From Nanobdellota archaeon (lineage in GTDB: Archaea > Nanobdellota > Nanobdellia > Woesearchaeales > JAGWAF01), in contig JBBSWF010000136.1 in the NCBI GenBank assembly GCA_038046365.1, forward strand, positions 3,681-67,680: a stretch of 64,000 nt of DNA. Reading direction: 5' to 3'. Positions 37,701-49,700 of this stretch are shown in pieces (the first letter of the stretch is position 1; each line of letters starts with the position of its first letter). The translations under genes and the position numbers were made by a program. The notes below the pieces were generated by a model. The model made no database searches and had not been told where the DNA came from. It saw only the letters and a list, made by a program, of their open reading frames with translations.

Positions 37701-40700
37701 GGACGGATCTGAACAGACTTCCATAAAGACTATAGCTTCTGCCACCTCCCTGCCTGAAAGCGAGATAATCAGATTCCTTGAAAACAGGAATTCCATCATC
37801 CGGGAAGGATTCAGCGACAGATCGCTTAGCGAGGCGGGATCAAAACTGAACGCGGAACAAGCGCGCAAGATCTATGATGCATTCACTGCGCTAAAAGAGA
37901 AGACAAAATTCAAGCAGGAATTCTATGATGAACTAGCCACACGGGTGGCGACAGAGACCGGGCTGACAACAGGCCAAGTCAAGGAGATATTTAGGAACCC
38001 CAACAAAGCAAACTGGAACGATGCCAAGGTCGCAAAGGCGATAGAATACCTCGAAGCCATCAATGAATTCGGCGATTTCATGGGCAAATACAAAGGCCAT
38101 GATTACTTCTACCTTGAATCAGAACAGAGAATAATACCAGGCAAGAGCGGCGCACCACAGAAGGACCAACGCTACTCAAACGCGTACACTGCACTAGCCG
38201 CGGAATATGTCGGAGCGAAAGCGTACGGACAGAAAGCCAACACCGAAGCGGTGAAGGTCAGCGGGAAAGCAGTCGAAGCAAGCCTACCCCAATTCTACAC
38301 AATGGCAGAGAGAGGAGGATCGTTTGTAACATCAATGACTGGAGATCCTGGCGCGGCTGAAGCCACCATGAGCCTAACATTAGGGATGAAATGGTCGGCC
38401 TCAGACGTCATAACCAAGAAGCTATTTGGAACCGACACTAAAGCCGGTGATTGGTTGGAGAGGGGGCTGTTGAGAGTGACAGGTGTAGGCGCCAACAGAG
38501 CGGATGCGCTAGATTGGATAGTCTCAAACGCCAAGACACTAGAAAGAAGCGGCGGAGTGGAAAACAAGAACAAGGTCTACGCGATAGTAAGCCTCCTCAA
38601 AGGACTTGAGAACAGGGAGATAAGCGAAAAGTTGACCAAGGATCCACGATTCGAACATATAACAACAGTCATCGAGAGCGGAACAGCAGAGCTAGGGACA
38701 TGGACAATCCGGACAAAGAGCGGCGAGGTATGGAGCGAGAAGAAGATCAGCGAGGCAGAATTCGCGGAATACAAGAGAAGATTCGCCAATGGAGAGATGA
38801 AAAACACACTGATTATCCTTGGAGAAGGCGCATCGAGAGGAACAGATATACCGATGTTAAGAGATATCCCTTGGATCGCGATAGGAGAAACTGAATCGAT
38901 AAAATCAGAAGCCCAGCAAATGATTACCAGGGCAGGAAGGGTGCCTGGGGAAGAACCCACAATCCACCTCATCGTATCCGGGGGCGCAAAGATAACGGCC
39001 GCGGAGCTGCGCAGGAGCATGGAATCCGCCGAATCCTATGCCAACCGAGCCAACGCAGTCGAAGGCGCGATATCTGCGCTCGACGGAATCGGGAACGACT
39101 TCTTCAACCAATACTCCGTGCGGAACATGATGGGCGCGGACTCCACTGCCTTCCGCGTCAATGAAGCACTACGAGACACATTCAAAGGAACCGCTGGAAA
39201 AAACCTCGAGATAACACCCGGGCTCGAATCTATCAAAGATTCGATCAAGAAGAAGATAGATTCAGCAGTCCAATTCTGGAAAGAGATACAGGAATTAAGA
39301 GAGAACCCCGACAAGATCAACGATCCGAAATACGCAAAGATAAAGAACGCCCTAAAGGAGACACTGTCAGACGAGATCTCCAAAGGTGGAGACACCCCCC
39401 AAGTTTACCGAGACGCTCTAAAAAGGTATTTCGATTCATTGAGCGCAGGCGAGGAAGCAAGGGCCAAGGCGCTAGCGGTGAACCCTGGAGAACTGAAGAC
39501 AAGGACCGGGGACGTGACCGCCGGCAAACCGCTCTTTGGCGCTACTGACTACGTCGAGTGGGCAGACACATTTAGCAAAACATTCTCTGAAAAAGACCTG
39601 CCGGCAGTCAGAAGCGGAAAGACAGCTGAAGCAGCCATAGTGATGCCTGCTGCGGAGGCACGGCTAAGACAAAAAAAGATCGCCCTCGACGAAATCATCC
39701 CTCTCGCAGAGAGAGCGGAACAATCAGCTGATGCTCAACGAGCGGCTCGCGAAGAGATAACCAGGATCATGCCAGAGCGAGAAGCGCCAGCAGTCCAGAT
39801 AGCACCAACAATAACATCAACATGGTCAAGCTCATACCTGTCCCCTGCCCTCACCAGGGCGGCAGGATACGCAAGCGCGATCGGACTATATGGAGTGGGA
39901 ACCACACTATCAAACGCCGCATCGGCGGCCAGCGCGGCGACTACAGAAACATCAGCAACTCTACTTACAGCATTGTCCCACGCATCAACAGACCCGGCAA
40001 CCCTTGGAGTAGCAATCCTAACAGCCGCGACAGCAATAGCATGGACGCCACTGCGAAACGCAGCGACAGCATTCCTTAAGCCAACTGCTGAAACGATAGC
40101 AGAAGGCCTTGAAAGCCCAAATGAAGCGCTGCGACAAGCAGCGCAAAACAAACTCACCAAGATGGGGAATGTGGGCGCACGTGCCGCGGCAAAAAAACTC
40201 GCGAGCAAAAACTCGCAGACAAGAGAGCAAGCCTACGAACTCCTCATGCAATTCGGACAAACTGCAAACGGAGCAGAACAGCAAATAATGGACGCCGTAA
40301 CCGACCCGACTGAAACAATCGATAACAAACAAAGAGGAATACAGGCGCTGCAATCGATGAAAACGACTCAATCGATTAACACGCTAAAGAGAATCGTAGA
40401 CGGAACAAACAAAGAAGCCGCATACATGGCAAAGCTCGCGCTTGAGGTCATGGGAATTGACGAGACTCCTGTGAAAGCGGATTTCCCAGTCGAGGCAAAC
40501 AAAGAACAGACTGCGGCAAGGCCTGAGAACCAAATCGCGGCTGGAGAATCCGTTACAATCAGAGGGAGCACGCGGACAATTGAGCGCGCCAAAGAAAGGC
40601 TTGAGAAAGAGAACATAGAAATCAAGATCGGCCAAAGAACCATATCAATTATCAAAGACGAAAACGACGGACAAATCAAGATCCTCTCAGAAGGAAAGAG

Positions 40701-43700
40701 CCTAACACTCAACCCCGGCGACTCTATAACAGCCGGCAGAGATCCACAAAACACTATAGATATCAGCGATTCACAGGTCTCAAGAAACCATCTCAGGATA
40801 AATTATGACAAAGAGTCAGACCTGATAACCATCACAGACCTGCAATCAAGCAACGGATCGACAATAACCTCAAAAATTGAAACAAAAGCACTAACAACAG
40901 AAGAAAAAACAAAAACATTAGCCCCCGAAGAAAAAAGCGTCATTGGATTATACACCCGAGTCTCTGATGCGATATACTCCCCGGTTGAGCAAATGCCAAA
41001 AATCAGCCAGGATGAAATAATCATTGACTCAACGTTTGGCGACCCGAAGAAAGCGTATGACAAACTCAAGCAAACCGGATTACTGCCAGACATCAAAATA
41101 GTAGCAGAAGGATCCGAATACCTGATATCCCCGCCATTCCTACTAAAAGGAGTCCGGCCTGCGCATATTGTATTTGTAAAAACACCTGGAAACTACAAGT
41201 ATCACATGCAGGTGGCATACAGAAGCAATTCAGCCTCAACATACAGGCTACTGCCCTGGATCGCACGATATCCAATCAAAGGAAAAGAGACCGACTGGTA
41301 TGTTAAAGGGATCATGATCCCGCAAGGAAGCGACAGACCGACATCAGCAGACGAAAACATGCTCAATTATCCATTTGTGATCACCCATGAGATGAACAAG
41401 AGACTGTTGCGCGAGAAATCTATTCAAGCAGAGCCGCCGCTTCCGGTAATAACCAGCTTGAGTCCATACGGAGGAACATTTTTGCCGCAGGGAATAGAAA
41501 CACTGAAAGGCTTAAGCAAAGAAGTGAGAACCGAGACATTTGACATAAAGAACGATCCTCCAATCGACATCGGAACACAATCCCAACCGGAGATAGATTT
41601 CGTCATAAGAGACGCGGAAATCGCGTTTGGACGAAACGCAATGCAGTTATTTATCAGATCAAAATCCGGCCAGAAAATATACCGATTCGTACAAGCAGAA
41701 TATCTTGTCCAAGACGCCGCAACAGGAAAGAAGAGATTTATAACAAAGACCTCGCTTGCGGGAATAGAAGAAATCGGAAACGGCGTAAATGATTATGGGC
41801 TAAGGCACAAACAAATAGCACAATCCAACCCCATACTCAACATCGGAGGAATCGAGTACGACTCTCAATTACAAGAATTCCTCTACGAACACCCTGTGCG
41901 CGGCGCAAGACAGGAGCGCGTGCTTGAACAACTGCCAGATGGAACCACAAAGCCAACGCCATATACAGCAGTGCCAAACGAACTTGAGCCGCTGATACAG
42001 CAAGCCGATCAATTCTTCAAAAAGTATGGCCGAAGGAAAGAACCCGAAGGTCCGCTCTCATCAATATCCATCTCTCAAGAAGAATCGCCAGCCGAATCGC
42101 GGCCAACAGCCGAGCTATACGAACAAATCTCAACAGCAGTTCAACAGCCAACAAAGGAACCAAAAGACGACGCAATCGAAGCGCTTGACAAGGCCGCCAG
42201 AGACGCCCTGAAGCAAGGCGATGAAGCGGCACAGAACGCGATCCGGACTCTAACCCGGATAAACACAAGAATGTCCGCAAACACCATCATCAAGCTACTT
42301 GAAGACAAAATATCAGACGCGACCATCATCAAAATACTTACAGAAGAGACAAGCGGCCTTAAGCCTTATGCGCTCAGCGAAGAGATGGAACGCGTAAAAA
42401 ACCTCGGCGTACTACCCAAGCTAACAAGCGAGTCAGCAGATACGCAGAAAGAAGCAGTCAGATTCCTTGGCGTAAACGGCAATGGATTGGACCTACCACG
42501 ACTAACTGAACTTAAAACCACAACACAAGACCCAGAACTATCCAGAATCATCAAGGAGTCCATCGACTCAATTCGCGGTAGAATGGTTGAGCTATCACTG
42601 CAGTCCTTGCCTGCAGGGATCAGAACCAGAATATCCATGAAAGACGACTCAACAACAGACATGATAATTGGAAAATACGACCTTACAAAAAATCAAATCA
42701 TAGGACAAGTTGGAGGAGAGAGAAAAATCCTGAACTCAAATGAAATAAAAAAAATCCAGATAGAAGGAGAAGATTATATGATACTCGGTGAAAGACGTAC
42801 ATTCAAAACAAAAAACAAATACGTGACGCTCCCAATCCACCCAGATATAGACATAGTCCCAGAACTCAAGGAATTTGGCAAAGTGCGTGCGCCAAGCGCC
42901 AAACCGACCGAACCTGAGAGAGCGCCAGCACGATTAATCGAAGGAGTAATATCAGCTGCATCGAATATTCCAGTCATCGGAATCGCGGCAGGGATATTCG
43001 GACTGCCTGGACTCGCAGAGGCAGGACAAGCCATGTCGACGGCAGCACAAGCCGCGGCGAGCGCGATACAAGTAGTGCCGGACTCGCCGGGGATGATGAT
43101 GGCGACACTTGCTGGCGGACTGCTCTTCGCGGCAGGAAGGAGGATATACAATCGGTACTTCGCAGCGCCAGTCGTGGAACTTCCGACAGGACCGCCGATC
43201 ACAATAACAATCCATGGGATAGATGGGCGAGAACGATCAGTCACATTCGAACAGTTCACGGCAAAAAATCCCATCGACATCAATCCGATCATAGACGCGC
43301 TATCTTCTGAAGACACGTGGCCAGAAGCAGCCAGACTGATAACAGATGCATTCCAGGAAGAAGGACACGAAACAGGGATCATCCGAGGAGCAAACGGGGA
43401 GATAATAGTGCACCTCAAAGAGACCCTCCCGGCAATAGAAACCGCGAACGCCTTAGAAAAACAGACCGGAATCAAAACAAACTGCGGAACAGGATCGACG
43501 AATTGCGCGGGGCATGAGACTAAAGATGAGATTGAGCTTTTGATTGGGAAGATGGGGAGTGGGGATCCAGAAGAGGTAAAAATTGTATCAGATCAGCTTA
43601 CACGTCTTGGAGCAGTAGCGGTTCCTTCCCTTATCCTCGGTGCAAAAAATCCCAACATCCTAATCCGAGAATCTTCTTTAGTCGTCCTTGGAAACATAGG

Positions 43701-46700
43701 CGGCAATCCTGCGATCTCTACTTTATTGGATGCCATCAACGATAAGGATGATAAAGTCCGGCTGACTGCTGCTCTCGCCCTAATGAAAATTGACCCTTCG
43801 GTGATCGAAGGTATGGGCGGTAATTTTCTCAAGGTAACATTGACCCTAATTGATATATTGGCTCGCACGCCTGAAGAAAATAAACAGAAAATCCTAACAA
43901 GAGTGACTTCTCTTGGCGAACCGGTAGTGCCCTACTTCATCGTTGCTCTCTCAGCAAGAAATCCTGATTATGCCTTTGAGGCATACCATTCACTAATTGC
44001 AATAGGAAAACCAGCCGTCTCTCCGCTCAAGTCTTTGTTTCTCAATAAGAACTCGGGTATCAGGGATACCGCTGTCTTGGCATTGGGTGAGATCGGCGCT
44101 CAATCCGAAGCAGACGAAAGCCAGAGATCCGGCCCGCCTTACACTATAAGACTTGCATCCGAAATCAGAGTGTTTCTGGAAGACAACCTTGATGATTTCG
44201 ACCCTGGTGAGGTTAGAGGAGCAGTCTTGTATACACTTGGACAACTCAAGTTAAACACTTGGACGGTCATAGACCAAATGTTAAATGGTCTGACAAGGTC
44301 GGATCCATATGTTAGAATCATGGCTGCGCGAGGGCTGGGGGAGTTGGGGAACAAACATCCGACCATCTTGAATGCATTGATCCGCTATATGGACGAGGGC
44401 ACATTTATGTTTGAGGGAAGCATTAATGACCGAAACGCAGCAGTGAAATCGATAGGGAAATTAGGAGTGGATATCCTTCCGGACATAATCGGAAAATACC
44501 TCAAAGCCTCTGACGAGAAGTCCCGGCACAACCTATTTTTAGTCATGATAGCGATCAAGAATCTGAACCCGGATAAAAAGGAGCGGATATTTGAAGTGAT
44601 AAGACAGTCCGGCCTGCCTCAGAATTTCAAAGAGCTTTGGAATGAATTGTCAGCTAATGATTACGCATTAATAAACGAATATTCCGAATTGATCTCCAGC
44701 CAAGGCACATCAAGGACCGGTCTGGAAAACGCCATAGACACCGGGCTACCTGTCAAGAGGTCCTCAAGATCAGACGGACATTATAAAGACGACGATTTCT
44801 CAAAACAAAAGGATCTATTGTCTTTGACAACACTCATCGTCCTGTCAGAACTGATCCATTACCTCCATACTGGACAAGGAAAGAGTGACTTGGGGCAGAT
44901 CATTTCGCGAGACCTTTTGGATTGGGGAAGCGAAGCTGGCGGATTGGTCGTATATAAGAATGGGAAACTATCTTTTGAGCGATATGAACCTCGGTGCAGG
45001 GGTGATAATTGTAGGTATATAATCTCTGAAAAGTTGGACGCTGACAGTCCCCATGCCTTATTTTCTTGGCATAATCATGCAACTAAATTATTAGGTAACG
45101 CCGAGATTGCCGGTCCGAGTGGATGGCACTCCGCCCAGGATGTATCTGGAGGCGGGGATATTGGAACGGCAGAACAAGAGAATAAGGACGGTGTCGTGAT
45201 AACATATCTTGGTGAGAATAAATTCAATGTGAATTACTACACTTATGACGGGATAGTTATCAATCTCGGCGATTATTCATGGGATACTTCAAAAGTGCCA
45301 CTCTTAACGAAAGAAAAAATTGGCGAACTTGAGAAGGTATACTCTGAAAATGTGGTCAGAAGATCTGATGTGATCGATAATGAACTTGAGCGACTGTTAA
45401 TTACGACCAAGAATGATTGCGATAGCGGCGCTATCCCAGGAGCTGCATGCAGCGCCATGCAGACTGCACTTGAGACAACCAATTATGACGATAAAGTTAA
45501 TAAAATCATCATGGCGCAATCAGCATTGGCGACTCCCAGCATTGTAGCGCCAGATATTTCAAAACCACCCACAGATGCAGAGAAATCACTCAATCAAAAG
45601 TTCGGAACTCTCATCAATAAAGCTCAAAGGCCTTTAGATGAATCGGTCTTAGAAGAGACCCTTGCTGCGAGGGATTACACCACCCCCCAGACCATGCCGG
45701 AAGAAACAGCAGCGCCAGAGGTTACCACGCAACCAGTGACGGAACTGCTGACTGGACTACCTGGACTAGTTGAAGCAGGACAGATAACATCATCGACGAT
45801 GCAGACAGCGCCGGACTCGCCGTTAGCAGTGATGGCCACTGTGACAGCAGGACTTGCGATCACAGCAGGAAGAAGCATCTACAACTACTTCTCGCCTATT
45901 GGGGACACCGCAGGATCCAGGACAGCGCGGATAGGGATGATCGCCGCAGGCGCGCTGCTCGCCGCTCCTGCGACTGCATGGGCAGGACAAATGCTGATGA
46001 GCTCGCCGGACATGGCGATAAGCATAGCGCAGACATCGACGAACCCGCCTGCGCTTGCAGCTTCGATGCTGATGGGAGCGCTCGGGACGCTGATAGGGAC
46101 GGTGTTTGGAGGATACAAGATACCACCATCGCCGATAAGACACGTGAACAAGAGGATCGGACCCGGGGACAGGTATTGGAACCCGACGGCGAGCGAGAGC
46201 AACGTCGACACGCTACGGGCGCAAAACGATCAGGGAGAACTACTTGCGGCGATAATCAAGACCGGAGAGATAGGCGAGCTGGTGACTGCGTACGCATCAG
46301 TCGATGAAACAGGACAGATAACAGCCTTGACCGCCAGGAAGGAAGAGCTACCTCCGGCAGACATTCACCTATCTATAGTATGGGATGGACAGCTTGAGAG
46401 ATACACAGGAGTTGAGGCGCTGACAGCCCTGACATCAGCCGACCAGAGCAAGATAGTCGATGACATCGCCACAGCAGCGGCACAAGCTAACACGATGATG
46501 GAGAAGAAAGGCGGGGCCAGCATACTCGCGCTAGTTCCGACTATAGAAGCAAAAGAGAGAAGCATCGCAACAGCCATAGCCGCGGGCGCAGTCGAGACCG
46601 CCAGATCAGTCAAGATAAACTTCGCAGTAGAGGGATTTAGCGGGCCACAAATAGTACGAGACTCTTCACGGAGGTATCTGATAAGCCAATGGCCATCATC

Positions 46701-49700
46701 AGAACCGGCGCTGATCCGAGGACTTAGTGCGTTAAAACCCGCCGCAGTAATAGAAAGCGCAGCCATACTTGGAGAGATGAGGTCAAAAGCCGCTGTGCCA
46801 CGCCTTGGACAAATAGCATCAGACCCGAAAAGATGGGCAAACACCAACGCGATCGAAGCGCTCGCAAAGATCGACACGCCAGAGGCGCAAGAACAGATAA
46901 TAAACGCAATGAACAACGCACAAGGACCAAAGTACAAAGCGAGAAGAATGTTTGATGCCACCCAGCTATCAAAGACCACTCCAAACCCGCAGACACACGA
47001 AAGAGCGCTAAACACACTGATCAAAGAATACGATGCAGATGCGAAGACGGATACAATGATCCAAACCGCTAAAATCATTAGAAACTACGTCAAAGAAGCT
47101 GAAAAACATGGACTCAAGAGTCCAAGCGCGATAAAATACCTGAAAGATAGACTACTGACAGAATCAGCCCAATCGTTCTATTGGGTCGACATCCACATTT
47201 CAGACCAAATCGCACTGATCATCACGCTTGGAGAAATCGGACCACAAGCAGAACCAGCGACTGAAAAGATACTGAGCTGGATAGAAGGGGCAATAGCAAG
47301 CGGAGGAGTATACTACCAAGATTTAGATAGTGCATACGAAGCCATCGGCGCAATAAAACCACAATCGAAACAAGACATAGACCGAATAAGAGATATGATC
47401 TTGAAAAACCAAAACGTATATGGAGATCGTAAGAGCACCGATCTGATTAAAGGCCTGATACCTGCACTTGGAAAAATTGGAAAAGCCGCAACACCAACAT
47501 TATTAAAATTACTAAGACCCCAGACACTGCCTGAGCATTCTGAGCTTGTAAAAAGATCTCTCGTAAGCATTGGCGCGGATGCCGTAGCCCAAATAATACC
47601 GGAGATAGCCACCGTTGAATCGGAGATAGCTAACCTGAAAAGACAGATTGGTAGATATCCTACAGACATATATCTGTCTGTACGCGCCTCTGACTTGCAG
47701 ACGGCAAAAATTTCTCTGATAGATGTGTTAGGACTCATGAAAAATCAGGCAAAGGGAGCAATAGACCTGCTAAAGACACAACTCGAACAGTCAAAGAAAT
47801 CTGGAAATGTCGATCTTAACAAACATATAATCCAAGCAATCGGCGAGATCGCACCAGAAGAAGCCATCGACTCGCTGATAGACACAATAAAAACCCAAGA
47901 GAAGCTGAAACAGCTAGCAATAGAACAAATTGGCAAGATCGGACAAAATGAACAGACCCCAAAAACCAGGGAAGCCGCAACAAAGGCCACACAACCACTC
48001 ATAGACGTCATCAAACAGTCACTTGATCGCTCCACAGAAGAAGGTCCTCCACCAGGCCGGGAATACACGATACCTGCAATAGAATCACTAGGGAAGATAT
48101 CCACTCAATCCGAGAAAAAACAACAGATAATCGAGTTCCTCACCAAAGCGCTCGACGAATCCAACAAAGCGCATAATACCGCGCTCGCGAAGGAAAACTA
48201 CGCGATACTTGAGATCCAAGCCACGGTAATCTCGGCGCTCTCGGAAGGAGGGAAGGACGCGAAAGCGGCGATACCAACCATAATCGACGCGATAGAGACC
48301 GCTTCAAGCAGATTTGAGACCGAGCCCCACTCGGGCAGCCTGGTGATAAATGCGGCCGCGTCAGCGATACCAAAGATAGGATCCGACTCCAGGACTGCCG
48401 CGGCCATCGAACGGGAGCTAGCCAAGAATGAGGACTGGAAGATACCCGCCAGCGAGATAGGCAGGGCACGATTAGAGATGGCGAGGCAGGCTAACTCGGA
48501 AGCCCTACGCAAGGCGCTAAGCGACCTGGCGCAGAAAGGCGACATAAACGCAGCTATGGCGATCCATGATGAGACCGCGCTCATGAACGCAGGAGACGAG
48601 GCGGTGAAAGCGCTGCTTGAGCGTGTGTACCAGATCAACAAAGACACCCGGGAACCACTGAAAGCGCAATGGGAGGTAGAGATGATCGCCAAGATAGGAA
48701 CAGAGCAGGCGGTCGCCTCACTCAAAGAACTCATTCGAGGAGACGACGGACTGGCAAACCTAGCTTTCTATTCAGCAAGAGTGCACGCGATACGAGATAT
48801 AGAACCAGCGGCACTAGCTTCGGTTTCAAGGAACCTAGGCGCAAAGGAAGACACCCCGCAAGCACAAGCAAGGAGCGGGGCGATAGTATACCTGGTTTTG
48901 ATGGGAAGCGAAGAAGCGGCAAAAGAACTGACTGACATGATGCTGCGCGAGGAAGGCGAATCGAGAGTCAAGACGCAGCTCAAGAATGCTGCAGACACTA
49001 TCAGAGAAGACGCCAGAAGGGAGAGTGACATCCGATCACAAGAGGAGCTTTCGAAAAAGAAGGCGCTGGCGCTCGCTGACCGTTTCTCAAAGAAAGATGG
49101 CATCACAGGATGCGCTGGCGGAGAATGCATAGAGACCGATGGAATAGCCGCGCAGATTCGGCAGATGACCGAAGCAGGGCACATATCAGAGCTTATGGAC
49201 TACCTCGAGAGCCTATCTGAGGAGATGGGCAACTTTGAAAGATCAGTCGGAATAAAACAAGAGATCAGACCGGAGATCGATGACACCCTCACAGACTTGG
49301 AAACTACCCGCGTCATGGTAGAGACTCACACGAAACAGCTGCAAAAAGAGTTCTCGCTGAGTGACGGACAACAAAAGAAGATGATGCTTATGTACCTGGC
49401 AAGTCCTGAGGATCTGAGGTCGCAACTAATATCATTTTGGCACGATATACTAAATCCGATGAATATAGTAACCGGTTACACATATATGCTAAGAGAGGAC
49501 AAAGAAACACAAAAATTACTTGAACGAGAGCTTACCATCCAAACTAACAAACTGAACGAGCTTGTAGAGATGGTCCGGTCAGGAAAGGAATGGGATTTCA
49601 GCAAACAAAGTCGACCTGGATTACTACTACTATATGCTCACCAAATTCAGGCGCTTAATGAGATATTAACAAGGAACTATTTAGCAATTCAACCATACCG

